From Octopus vulgaris (Eukaryota), in assembly GCA_951406725.2 (NCBI GenBank), contig OX597814.1, positions 127,162,001-127,226,000 of the forward strand: a stretch of 64,000 bases of DNA. The letters run 5' to 3'. The notes beneath the pieces were generated by a model, which worked only from the letters and a program-made list of their open reading frames with translations, did no database searches and was not told where the DNA came from. Position numbers and translations under genes: made by a program. This document shows positions 1 to 12,377 of the stretch, piece by piece; within the stretch, counting starts at the first letter, position 1, and each line of letters starts with the position of its first letter.

Positions 1-714
1 TAGCACCCTACTAGCATGGGGCACAAGTGCCAGTAAGTCATTATAGAGGAAATAGTGATATATATAGTCCAAATAATCAAAGATGTAATTTATAGCAAAA
101 GTAGGTTTGTAATTGAACATGGAACTTTGGATCCTATAAATTTGATTTAGCAAGGAGATGCTCTATAGAACATATACAATTTTACTTTGCATGACAGAGT
201 ATACTTTTATGCCCTATTTTAGGCAAAAAGATAGTGAGGAATAACTTTACATCACTTCTTTTCATTACTATCTTTCAAGCTTTGCTATCAAAATTCAATG
301 CTGAGTATCTATTGAAGTTGCTTAATGTTGATGAGATGGTTGTTATTGGAGCATAGTGAATTTGAAATCTAGATAAGTTGTGAAATTAATTAATGATTAG
401 ATCCACAGAAATGCAATAGCATTAGGGATTTAGTGACAATCAGCACATAAGGTGGTAGGCTCATATTGTGTGATATCAGTTGCAGTAACAGGGAAGAAAG
501 AGATGCACTTATATGACTGTCTAAAATGCCATATACTGAAGTTTATAGATCGCCCAGCGATATTTATTGAGGTAGAAGAAAGGTATTATTACCTCAGTAA
601 CTTGGACAAGTATGATGTGCAACCCAGTGGTATATAATAACTGAAGTTAAGGAAACTAAAGAAGGGCATATCTCGTCATTTACTTTAACTGCTGTACCAT
701 TACAGCAGTTAAGG

Positions 715-960
715 TTAAATGAGACTGGATAGTGAAACATGGAGGAAAGCATTGCAGTTGAGAGATCAACCTAATGGCATAGCCTCATGAAAGGTGCTGT
801 AGCATCTGAGTAAACCAGGATCAGATAAGCTGAGCAGAAGAGAAAGTTATGAAAGTAGAGAGTCACAAATGCATTAGTATAGAGTTCCAAACGTATTTGT
901 CCAATATACAACATTCTTGTCAGCCTTTTATGGAAATAAATTAATGTAAACGATATAAAA
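715..960 (+). mobile_element. Degenerate RTE/BovB-like LINE ORF C-terminus
   Basis: Frameshifted translation DSETW/ESIAVERST*WHSLMKGAVASE*TRIR*AEQKRKL..ICP resembles the RTE-BovB C-terminal end. Confidence 0.55.
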
Positions 961-1094
961 CCCACACAAATTCCACCCCACTCCTTAACTAGATTTCTGT
1001 ACAAAAAGTTATTACTTTTTTTTTGTGTTGACTGTTTTTACTTAATTCTGGAAGAAAAATCTATAACTACCTTATCGATATTACAGCATTTATT

Positions 1095-1665
1095 CATCAT
1101 CGTTGTTTAACGTCTGTTTTCCATGCTGGCATGGGTTGGACGGTTTGACTGAAGACTGGCAAGCCAGTAGGCTGTACCAGGTTCCAATATGATCTGGCAA
1201 GGTTTCTACAGCAGGATGCCCTTCCTAATGCCAACCACTCCGAGAGTGTAGTGCGTGCTTTTTATGTGCCACTGGCATGGGAGCCAGTTAGGCAGCACTA
1301 GTATTGACCTTGTTCGGATGGTGTTTTTTACATGCCACCGGCACAGGAGCAAGTAGGTGGGGCACTGGTATCGACCATGTTTGGATGGTGCTTTTTACGT
1401 GCCACTGGCATCGACCCACACTTGAATGGCGCTTATTACATGCCACCAGCACGAGTGCCAGTCAACCGGCACTGGCATCAGCCACAACCACAATTTCCAT
1501 TTTGATTTCTATTTTATTTGACTCAATAGGTCTTCTCAAGCATAGCGTATCGTCCGACGATTCAGGGGTACTTTTAAATGGGCTGGTTATGCCATACCTG
1601 GTATCAACCATGGCTATGATCTCACTTTTCTTACTGGGTCATTGGCCAAGATTCAATTTCACTTG
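1095..1665 (-). mobile_element. RTE LINE 3' UTR fragment (main family, (GAT)n tail)
   Basis: Reverse complement of the window-wide motif GTGGTTGGCATTAGGAAGGGCATCC...CCCATGCCAGCATGGAAAACAGACGTTAAA-(GAT)n. Confidence 0.8.
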
Positions 1666-3701
1666 ACTGGACAGATTTTTGTTGACTGGAATGAAACAGT
1701 AAAATATGCACTTAACAAAATATAGATGGGGACGACTGACTTCAAGATATTTGAATGTAGCACCATTTAACAGTAGTAAGCTACTGGGGAAATTTCTTAA
1801 TCATCTTGTGAGCAGACACCCTGTGGCCATTTGGGATTCTTTTTGGAACGTGTTCATTTATTAACAGCTCAGTTTTAATGTTACATGGCTTTCATTTTGT
1901 ACTAAATGCAAGAACATTTGGAAAACGAACGTCTTGACATGATTACCAAGATTATTGAATACATGACATTTTTTACGGGTACTACGTGAAACTTATGCTT
2001 TGTCTTCTGCATTACATAATTTCTTTTAATTAGATTTATGATGCTCACAGCAATGCTTATGGCTAATATATAACAAAAATACTTTGACAGATAATTATGA
2101 AAGTGAACAACTGACATAGCACGTAACGTAAGCTTGCTAATAGAAGGGAGGTAAATAGTACCGGTAGTGTTTTCTATAGTTATCTCCCCTTTCTCAGTCG
2201 TCATTAGCAATTTGCAATAATTTATTTTACTTTCACTTGCATTTCATTCTCTTTCTTTCGCCACCTGCAGCATAATTTCCTTCCTCACTACCGACTCTAA
2301 ATATATTCAGTCTCTCTCCATACACACACTATAAATACACATTTTTTCTGTACTCTTTCATCCTAAACGCTAGAAATATTCTGTCTCTCCACATTAGAAA
2401 CATACTCTCCTATACACACTTCATAAACAATCTCAGTAACAGCACACACAAAACACCATTCTCGTTATACATACATTCTAATTATGCTTTCTTAACACAC
2501 ACATGCTTTTCCCTTCAAAATATGAGGAGTCTCTCCCTAAAAATATTTACACACTCTCTTATTTACTACGGACACTATATACTATCACCTGACAAATTAT
2601 TACATAATCTCGGTCTCTTACATTCTTTCACCATTTTACAATATGCCTGTGGTTTTTAGTTATGTCCCTTTACATTCTGAGTTCAAATCCTACCGAAGTC
2701 AACACTGATAAAATGAATATCACTCAAACGTTAGGGTCTAAATACTATTCCGAGAATAACTGAAGGCTAACAAACCGCTGTATCAATCTCTTACATTCAT
2801 ATTCTCTTTTGACCCCCCTCCCTCTCTCTTTGCACTCATACCCTCTTTTTTTTTGTTTTTGCACTCTATTTGCTACACTCACTTATTTTGTACTTCCCGT
2901 CTTTTTCTCTTACACTCATTTTTCTTGCTCTTTCCTCATCCTACTACCACTTCATGCAACATCATTAAAACTTGCGCAGTCGCTTATCGGGTTTCTGTCC
3001 ATTTTCCTCAATCTCTTCTATTAAATACATACACTTTATCTTTCACAATCTTTCTTTCTTTCTTTCTCTCTCACACACACATATACACCCTCTCACATGC
3101 TACCTGTTTCTAACCCCACCACACCCAAACAGATACGCAGTTTCTCCCCCATGTACACCTACTTTCACTCTATATCCTCGTTCCTCCCTCAATCATCACC
3201 ACCACAACAACCACCAAAGGTCTAACTCAGTTCACACCACCTCCGCTACCAACACCAAGCTTTACTCAATTCACTACCACTACCAAGATTCTATATAGAG
3301 TGCATCTCTGGGTGCTGCTGTAGTAGTAGTATACAACTGTATAATGCAGTATACCGTGCATTTCAATACACCAGTTGCAGTCAGTACACGCGCACACACA
3401 TGTACTTACACTCACACACACTCTCTGACAATACATACATAAATGCATACATGTTCTCTCTCTCTCTCTGTCTCTGCCATTATATGTGTGTAGTCTATCA
3501 TATTTTCATTGCTTGTTCAACATGTCAGATCAACTTAAGTTATGGAACTATCGTAATATTTCAGAACTGTCTGTCTGTGTGTCCTTTCCTTCTTGAATCA
3601 ATGAATGTCGACTGCAACATCTGTTATTTTCTGTAACAGATGTTATTCAACAAACTACACTCAATTCTTCCCTCACTATTCTCGCTCTTTCACTCACTCA
3701 C

Positions 3702-4047
3702 CGGTACTAGTTAGTTTGGCGGTCGCGGGAGAGAGGTTTCATTTGATTATTTTTTCTTTTTTTTTTCGCGCTGTGCTATGGTTAGATTCTTTAAAAGTAT
3801 TTGTGTGTGTGTAAGAGAGAGACGTTCAGTCTTAATATTTTAACTTTTTACCAGAGACGTAGTGTCACTCAACGCAATGAACTTCTAAACAAGACGGCTA
3901 TTTTTAGATTTTTTTAGGGTAAATTAAAAAAAAAAGACAATTTATTTAACAGAATCTATAGAATTTTTTATGTAATAAATAATGAAATTTTTTCGAGAAT
4001 CTTCACTATGGAATTGTTGTGTTCTTTGTAGTAACGAAACCACTCTT
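3702..4047 (-). promoter_or_regulatory. Candidate promoter/non-coding first exon, module copy 1
   Basis: CpG-rich segment ending in a consensus donor ACCG|GTGAGT (intron starts at 3701); homologous to 11963-12377. Confidence 0.5.
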
Positions 4048-4142
4048 CATGAAAATCTAAATACGACTTGTGTCAACGAGGGAACCTTTGCGTGGTCTAT
4101 TAGAAAATAACAGCTAAATCCCCTTAAGTCACATTCTAACAG

Positions 4143-4589
4143 TAGCGTTCCCCAGCCGGGTTTTCCCGGAACATACAGGTTCCACGAGAATAGCCATAAA
4201 TAGGCTAATTATATGCAAATGCATTTCGAGTAATTTTTGTGGTTAATTCTATTTTCGTAATTTTATTATTGTACACGCACAGCATATTTGAAATCTCCGT
4301 ATCTGTAGGTAGTAAGGATAACCTACGAGCGAAAAAGACGACCTTTTAGTAAAAAATTGTAATGGAATTTGGTCTAAATGCTTTGGTAAAGACAAATTTC
4401 TTTAAACTCTCTTCGTAGTATTTGATGGATTTAATCTTTCAAAGACTTTTATGATTTGTTTAATATTTTTATGAAATTTAACTTAATGAAAGAAAAATTA
4501 ATAAAGATATATATTTCTATATAGGTATTCCTTGATACATGGGTTGTATTTCAATAATTCCTCAAGAGTAAAACGGTCGTGAAACGCTG
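4143..4589. mobile_element. hAT (Charlie-like) non-autonomous DNA transposon, decayed
   Basis: Imperfect TIRs TAGCGTTCCCAGCC ... GGTCGTGAAACGCTG; TSD not clear. Confidence 0.45.
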
Positions 4590-6163
4590 CTCTACATTCT
4601 TAAAAGAAGGTGCACACTATAAAATGTACTTCAACACGGTGTTGAATTTCGTTTTTAGCCAAGATTGCTTTCGTCAACATCAGTAATTTGTCTTTTAAAA
4701 AAATATTTGATCAAAAAGAAAATGTCTTCTTTCAGATGAACTAAAGTGTTCGATAACGATAATAAATCGATGAAACCTGTGTAATACAATTGTGTCACGA
4801 GAATATTTATTCAATTAATTCGTTAAGTATAAATATATTGCATGATAAATAAAAACTGCTGGATAAAATTTAACAATGGTTTTATTTACACTCTTCACGG
4901 GTTGATCAATCAATGTAGCAATGACAAGTTATACTAATCATTATAAATTGTACATACATTATGACGCTTCGATTTCGACATAAAAAAGAACAAAAATATA
5001 CAAAGATTAATGTCACAAATATACCATAAAAAGTGAAAGACACATATACTAAAAAGGAATGTTACAGTTATAGAGACGAACACAACGTTCCACAAATTTG
5101 TTGATGAAAGGGTGGAGGGGAAAGGTGTGTGTGGAGGGAATACGCTCATATAAAGAACATAACAAATATGTGACAGGTGCAAGTGTGTCCGCATGATGCG
5201 TGCGTTACTTGCGAGTAAAGTCTACATGCTTTCGTACAAGTGAGTCTGTACGAAGTTCGATGCATATAACCTGTCAAAAGCGTGTAACTTGTTACATTGG
5301 GGGAAGCAGAAGTAACTGTAGATGTAAGTTGTTGCATTCAGTCATGATTGCAAGTGGCATAGCTGCGTATATGTAATATAGTTCATCTGTACAAGTGTGG
5401 AAAAGAAAGAAGGCATACTGGTAGAAAAGTTCAGCATCATTTGTGGAAATCGTTAGTGAGAAATCTGAGAACATAAGCTGTTGTTGAAAAGTAGTCTAGT
5501 GAGCTCATGGTAGTTCTTGTGTAGGTTCGACCGTAGCTCTGCTAGTTGGGGAGGGTGGAATGATCGTTGAGTCGGTCACTGAACTTTGTGGCAGTTTCTG
5601 GTTTGCCAATAAAAGCTACATATGAATTGATAGTTTCATAGCTGGTCTGCTGTACATCATTGCTATCCCATGGTACTTAATAGCTTTTCTGCTGTGCCTA
5701 AGACTACGATGACTGCCAGAAACACTGCTTTGTGGTACTTTTCATGTGTGCTGGGCCTGGAACTTTGAGCTAGGGTGTATACCCGACAACCATCAATTCG
5801 TTTTTGAGTGGCCAGAGTCGTCCGTTGATATATAGCATCAGTTTGCTGATTGGTTCGAAAGGTGATTGACGCAGGCACGTCTGTTATTGGGCAGAGCACC
5901 TGGATAGGTGAACGGGCAGTTGCATGGTCCAAAAGATAATGTAGGTACGTCCCCTGAAGAAGTAGACATATTAGCTGACTAGTTTTGAAGCTGATGATAT
6001 AGACACGATTGTTGACGAAAGCCTGTAAGTTGCACAGATTTTTAGTTTTACATTTGAGTCACTGACATGCCATGAATATGTGCGCGTGTACGTGTGTAAT
6101 AGTGCATTCGTATTCCGAGAGAGAGAGAGAGAGAAAGAATACATTCTACTAAACAGGTTCTGT

Positions 6164-6419
6164 GTAGAGGCGCGTGGCTTAGTGGTTAGGGTGTCAGCAT
6201 CATGATCGTAAGATTGTGGTTTCGATTCCTGGACCGGGCGACGCGTTGTGTTCTTGAGCAAAACACTTCATTTCACGTTGCTCCAGTTCACTCAGCTGGC
6301 AAAAATGAGTAACGCTGCGATGGACTGGCGTCCCGTCCAGCTGGGGAACACATACGCCATTGAAACCGGGCCCATGAGCCTGGCTAGGCTTTAAAAGGGC
6401 GCATTTATTTATTTTTTTT
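6164..6419 (+). mobile_element. tRNA-derived CORE-type SINE (family B)
   Basis: A-box TGGCTTAGTGG, B-box GGTTTCGATTCC, CORE-like TGTGTTCTTGAGCAAAACACTT, (ATTT)n tail, TSD AGGTTCTGT at 6155-6163 and 6423-6431. Confidence 0.88.
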
Positions 6420-6911
6420 AAAAGGTTCTGTACCATTGGTTGAAACATAACTACGAAGAAGTTGGGTATATTGTATTATATACAACTGTACAGCTATGTT
6501 TGTTTTCTTCTGAGTCGTCGAACTGCATTTATTTTCCTGAATTATTGCCTAGCTAGAGTCACTGTTTAAAAAATTAACCGATCCGATAAGTTAGCTTCTG
6601 CTGCGTGACCAGTGACACTGGGTAATGTAACTTTGGCCTGATTGGTCCGAATAGGTAAGTCCGTTGAAGAAATGCATTAGCTGATTGTCTGAAAGGTGAT
6701 GGTGACACTTCTGTTGATGCCAACGCTTCAGGGCAGATAACGGGCTATAAGCGATGTCGTGTGTTAATAATGCCGGGTCTTCTTGGTGAATGGTTAGCTG
6801 CTGCACCAGTTGATTGGTCCGAAATGTAATGACATAGACACGCTTGTTTACCCTACCCTGTTGTAGACGGATTTTGACTAAAGCAAACTATCAATTTCTG
6901 GATCTACATGC

Positions 6912-7044
6912 ACTAGCTTAGCTAGAGTGTGCGGTCCGCCCTTCCGTTTGCCGGACCCCACAGAATACACTTATTGCCTACAGCAGACCCAAAAATACCG
7001 CCCCTTTAAAAGTGCCGTCAGAGGCAGTCCGCCCCCCCCCCCCA
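6912..7044. mobile_element. Small GC-rich MITE-like insert
   Basis: GC island with GGTCCGCCC motifs flanked by the 8-bp direct repeat CTACATGC (6904-6911, 7045-7052). Confidence 0.35.
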
Positions 7045-7099
7045 CTACATGCGATTAACTAAGATATTGTAAATACAATATGAGGCATTCGTTACATTA

Positions 7100-8849
7100 G
7101 CTCTCTCTATGTTGCTGTTCACGAGAAGAATAACAATCGGTATTTGTTTTTATAGTAGCGAGAAGTGAATATTTCTATCGCAAAGGAAGTACGTGCATGG
7201 AATGAACGGACAAGTAGATGTCTCGATCTAGTTTTCCTGATAACTCGTGGAGAAATTACAACACTGTTGGTAGGATGAGATACTGGTGTAGCGATGACTG
7301 ACTCAAGCTTTGTGACATGTCACTCTCCAGATAATCTTGCTTCAGACGGCCAACGCTAACACTCTTATTTTCTTGTATATCAATGACGATAACTTGGACG
7401 TATGAAATGTCCACAATAGAGTATCTGAAGTGACTTTGTAACTTAACTGCATGGTAGCGAATGAGCATGTGACCAACTGAGGAGATCTTGTGGAATATAT
7501 TTTGTGATCGAATCTCAGTTGGCGATAGACTGGACAAGTGCTCAAATAATCGGTGAACATAGTTGGATGGATTGACGAAGTAAGTTAGCTCCCAGGATGA
7601 GGGCAAGTTAATAGTCAGCGATGAATATCGATGTAAATATTTAGTGCAGTCCCAAATCAAACGTCAGTAGTCTCTCATTGCATACGGTAACGGGAAAGTT
7701 ATTGATGGCTTCAAATAACACGGCAGGAGGTATATTGGTGAAGGCGGGTGGCTTTGTGGTTAACATATTCGGCTCACGATCGTAAGGTCCTGATTTTGAT
7801 TCCCGGCGGTTGTTGTGTCCTTGAGCAAGACACTTTATATTTTCACGTTGCTCTAGTTCAGTCAGCTGGCAAAAGAAATAGTACCTGTATTTCAAAGGGC
7901 CAGCTTTGTTACATTTTGTGTCACACTGAATCTCCCAGAGAACTGTATCAAGGGTACGCGTGTCTGTGGAGTGTTCAGTCACTTGCACGTTAAGTGAATG
8001 AGCAGGTCGTTCCGTTGATCGGATCAACTGGAACCCTCGTCGTCACAAGCGACGGAGTGCCACTTTAGTGCATATGAGTGGATGGTAGGATGTTGGTTTC
8101 CACTTCAGTGTCTACGAGAAAACGTGTCAATTTTTTAATCGCTAGTGTAAAATAGATGATTAGTTGAATTATGGCCAGTTACATTTTCGGCTCTAATTCT
8201 TGGCTTCGTTTTTTTCTTTATAAATGGGGAGTATTTTCAGTATGAACAAATTTGAATATAAAGGTTTTCACATCTAACTTTCTGCGATAACGCCGTTCCT
8301 CACGCCTGTAGAAACTTGTAGTTATGCGAACACTAGCAGGAAATGTTACGTGAGGGGTTATTTCCTTTGCTTGGTCTCTTTAGCCGATCGCTATAGAGTT
8401 ATGTTTCGAGTGCTTGCAGCTGACGTATCAAAATTGCAACCTGAGCACTGAAATCCGCCACTTCTAACTGTAGCTACAGCGTAAGGATTTATATTCCACA
8501 GATCCGACGTGCGCAATTGAATACAAGGGCGAAGATTTCCGCTATTCAGACTACCAACTGGGCTAATTGTTCAGCAAAATAGTTTTTGTAGTGTGTAATC
8601 TCCAGGCAGTTGATGTCTCTTGCATAGGAATTGTTTTGCTTTCACCTACTCTTCCGAAATGAGAAGCTAGAGTCACTGCTTCTGTTGAGATGTAGAGGTA
8701 ACTAACTCTTTCCTCGGGGCCACACAGCTCACAGTGTATGGTGGAATGGTAAACAAGTCTTATTTTTAAGCTACTCCTGGCTGAAGCGGGCTCACAATAG
8801 AAGGGGAACATGTAGTTTCTGACGACATAATTAATGCATGTCAAAAAAA
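7100..8849 (-). mobile_element. Gypsy LTR-retrotransposon pol relic (integrase C-terminus, weaker upstream pol)
   Basis: ORF 7256-7660 PSNYVHRL...GHMLIRYHAVK...SVSVGRLKQDYLE resembles the Gypsy integrase tail (HVFIR.D.V..PLQ...VSIDRLKPAY); TSYHP near 8090; interrupted by a SINE. Confidence 0.55.
7738..8065 (+). mobile_element. tRNA/CORE SINE (family C tail)
   Basis: Family-B-like head plus the tail GGGCCAGC..GAATCTCCC..GATCGGATCAACTGGAACCCTCGTCGTC shared with 51170 and 57300. Confidence 0.82.
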
Positions 8850-8857
8850 CCGCGCCC

Positions 8858-9465
8858 GGATCTTTTCCTTTTGAACGGCACATGTCAACACAATTTCTAG
8901 TTAACTAAACACTTTAAAACTTCGTATACGAGTAGAATGTGTCAAAATAAAACATTTTTTTCTCTTTGCTTTCTTGAGAAAATTGTAATTCGTTTGTTTA
9001 ACGTAGTTTAATTTTTCGCATTTTAACCAATGAATCGCCTCTAGTGAGCTAAAATCATTTGCTGCGTCTAAAACTGAGACAACATCCTGTCACTAACCCT
9101 AACCCTAACCCTAAATTTTAGCCTTTCGTTTTTTTTTCTTAATTGTTATCCTTAAATTAATTTAACAATTAAGAAAAAAAAAAAAACGAAAGGCTAAAAT
9201 TTAGGGTTAGGGTGGGGGTTAGGGTTAGTGACAGGATGTTGTCTCAGTTTTAGACGCAGCAAATGATTTTAGCTCAATTAGAGGTAATTGATTGGTTAAA
9301 ATTCGAAAAATTAAATTACGTTAAACAAACGAATTACAATTTTCTCAAGAAAGCCAAGAGAAAAAAAATGTTTTATTTTGACACATTCTACCAGTATACA
9401 AAGTTTTAAAGTGTTTAGTTAACTAGAAATTGTGTTGACATGTGCCGTTCAAAAGGAAAAGATCC
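8858..9465. mobile_element. Foldback MITE with ~290-bp TIRs and 8-bp TSD
   Basis: Arms 8858-9148 and 9163-9465 are near-perfect reverse complements; ends GGATC...GATCC; TSD CCGCGCCC at 8850-8857 and 9466-9473. Confidence 0.93.
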
Positions 9466-9551
9466 CCGCGCCCCAACTTGTGCGAACCAGAAAGGAAAAG
9501 TTGGAAAGGAGGAAAATTCAAATTGTCGTCTGCAATAAACGAAGCTCCTCT

Positions 9552-9715
9552 AAGGTGACGAGCTGGCAGAAACGTTAGCACGCCGGGCGAAATGTGTAGC
9601 CGTATTTCGTCTGCCGCTACGTTCTGAGTTCAAATTCCGCCGAGTTCGACTTTGCCTTTCATCCTTTCGGAGTCGATTAAATAAGTACCAGTTAATTAAA
9701 TAGATGTGCAGTTTC
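9552..9715 (+). mobile_element. tRNA-derived SINE family A, 3'-truncated
   Basis: GAGCTGGCAGAAACGTTAGCACGCCGGGCG...GAGTTCAAATTCC...GCCTTTCATCCTTTCGG, shared with several copies. Confidence 0.82.
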
Positions 9716-9789
9716 CAGGCATTTATCAATCCCTTGAATACTCCCATCGGCCACTTTGGAAACCCCTGTTCTATGTCATTGTCGACCTG

Positions 9790-10915
9790 TATTTACTTCT
9801 CAGCATAAAGAAATTTTGAAGGCTGCAGCGCTCTGACAGCCAACAACTGACGAGGACAGTTTATTTCATGCTATAATAAACACTAACACTATGACCCGGC
9901 AACGCCGGGTCATAGTGCCAGTGCATGCATATACAGCTGCATGCATGCGCACATACACGCGAGTACTGTCCAAATCTCCGACCAATCACATACAGCTAGC
10001 TGGCATTCATTTGGCGTATCAAGTTTCGGGCATTTTGATGGGGTTTGGGATAGAAAATTCACAAAAAAGTCACTTCTATTGATTTTTTAATGGCTTTGCG
10101 GGGTGACTGGGGAAATGTAAAGATGTGCACGACCACCCTTGGACGGTTTTGAATGACCATAGAAAGTGCGAGCTCTCTAACTGAAAAATTGTGGATTTGT
10201 ATAAAGGACACACACGTAGACATTTTGCCGTTTATATATAGAGATTAACATGAAAAAAATATCTGACAATCATGGGTGCTACGCTATTTATTTAGTTTTA
10301 TTTTATAAGCTTCTCCAAAAAGGTAACCAAAGATGTTCTTGAAAAGATGGTGGATAATCTTTTGGGCTTATACTTAGTCAACTGCTAGACCTCAAAACTT
10401 TAGTGTGCAGATGCGCAGAGAAGCAATATGTTGACTGACAGAGAGTATTCGTTCAGTAGCACAACTTCTAGCCGGTTGATATTCTGGACAATATAGGGAT
10501 CCCAATTTGGAGATGCAAACTGTGTGGACGTACCATAGTCTATATAACTTTCAATTGGTAACTGGTGAGCAGCTGACAAAGTCATACTAAGTTATGCTAA
10601 AACATGCTAAAACACCTTCGGCCATTTTGACTTTTTTAGAAATGCTGTTCGTGCAATGCTGAACATTGTTGACAATAATGCTTGGGTCACGTGAACCAGC
10701 AGACTTTTTAAGGTTGATATTGTGAAAAGAGTAGGTATAAATTCCGGGTTTTCCTAAAATGTATTATGGTGTACTTGTCTACAGTCAGCTTGAGTGTCCA
10801 GTGTCCAGTCAGCAATCCATAGTTGCATTGTGTCAGATCAAATTGTAGGAAAGATCTATAGATTCTGTTCTTTTTATTTTATTCTTAGCTACAGCTTGTC
10901 GACTGCGTATTTTAA
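9790..10915 (-). mobile_element. CR1-like LINE 3' relic, interrupted by a Helitron
   Basis: Minus-strand peptides QFASPNWDPYIVQNINRLEVV and NKLSSSVVGCQSAAAFK resemble CR1 ORF2 C-terminal motifs. Confidence 0.6.
9883..10244 (-). mobile_element. Non-autonomous Helitron
   Basis: 5' TCTCTATATATAAA, 3' 14-bp GC-rich hairpin (9887-9917) then TTAG (a CTAG variant), inserted between A and T with no TSD. Confidence 0.85.
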
Positions 10916-11962
10916 CTTCAAACTGGCATTATTAAATTAAGCAACAAATGATAGAAGGTGGGGAATACCGTATGTCATTGCATATGGTGCTGCATGTTGT
11001 CTTTGTATCGCGATTACCTTACAGAGAACGAAGGACTTAAGCATTTTTAGCTCATATTCCCACTGAAGATGATAGAGTTTGGCGTAATGCTGTTAATCTA
11101 AGTATTTTGCAGTTCTTGTCAGTGGAGCACAAACTCGGAAGATAAAAAGGGAGACAATGAAAACAAAGATGATTTGGGTTCTAGAGACAAAGGAACATTT
11201 TGTTCGAGATCCACGTTGCAGAATGCTGGTTGGAATCAGCTGCCAGTAAAGACCCCAAAATGCAATGGTTTGAGTCCGTGTAAACTTGGCGTCAAATTCA
11301 TCCAGCAATTTGGTGAAACTTTTAGCCTTGGACAACTTCCCTGGTCGTTAACATAAATTGAATAATTTGTGATATTTTACCTATTTTTCTTTTCTTTTTC
11401 TTTAACCTCTTCCATGAATAAAATTTGGAATTTCTCTTATTTTAGAAAAAAACAAATTGTGATTTAACCTCGTCGGATTGGAAGACACAAAACCAGACCA
11501 AACAAAAGCCACTCTATTCATTGTGGTTGATACTTAAATAATACGAGAATAGAAATTAGTCATTATTTAAAAAAAAAATGGAAAGAAAAAGAAAATATTG
11601 TGGAACAAAAAAAAAGTTGTTGATAAGATTGAATCGTCATTTTTCTTTTGGAAGATATTATTTTTAGTGGGATAAGGAATTAATTAAATATTCATATTCT
11701 CGTGGAACTGCTGTGCAACACAGGTCACACCAAATTGCTTTCATTATCGAATACTTTAGTTCTTTCCCTAGAAATATAGAGACAATCCTTTCTTGATCAT
11801 TGGCAGATTAAAGAAAACGCTCTTTCTATGTTAGAAAAGCAATATAAAAGAATATCAGATTTTCTCATGCATAACGTATCTTGAACTACATTATACAGTG
11901 CATTCTATTGAAGGATTTTAACTGTTGAGATTTTAATGTTACGGTGGAAATGGTTTAGGGCA

Positions 11963-12243
11963 AAGAGTGCTTTTGTTATAGAATTTGAAGAACATTCGAT
12001 AATGAACGATCATGCAACAATTTCAATTATTTAGGCACATGAAAATATTTTACATTCTCCGATTTCTCTTATTTTTACGAAACAACGAAAAAAAAAAAAG
12101 AACATTCTCCCAATAACTGGGTTGTTATAAAATTCAGTGTTTCAAGTTACGTCCCTTAACGCCCCCCCCCCCCAAGGTTAAAACTGAAAGTTGGTCGAGC
12201 GCGGCGCGTGCGCACGCGCTCACACACACACACACACACACCC

Positions 12244-12288
<45 letters not shown>

Positions 12289-12377
12289 CTAAACCAGAAG
12301 AAGTTGACGGAAGCATAGCGAGGAAAAAAAAATAAAAAGAGAGTAAGAACAGAATTCTTCCGTGGCCGCCAAACTAA
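11963..12377 (+). promoter_or_regulatory. Candidate promoter/first-exon module, copy 2 (inverted relative to copy 1)
   Basis: CpG cluster GCGCGGCGCGTGCGCACGCGC, (CA)n, CCGCCAAACTAA; collinear with the reverse complement of 3702-4047. Confidence 0.45.

Noticed and set aside
4625-4680. Hammerhead-like motif beside the TTCAACACGGTGTTGAA palindrome
   Set aside because: Core geometry and stem II do not fit
5060-5310. LTR followed by a PBS-like TTGGGGG
   Set aside because: No second LTR, TSD or convincing tRNA complementarity
6164-6240. tRNA gene
   Set aside because: A/B boxes are present but continue into a SINE body with tail and TSD; the same holds for the other SINE heads
9093-9228. True telomere or telomere-fusion site
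   Set aside because: Only 3-4 units, inside TSD-bounded TIRs, and the orientation is opposite to a fusion signature
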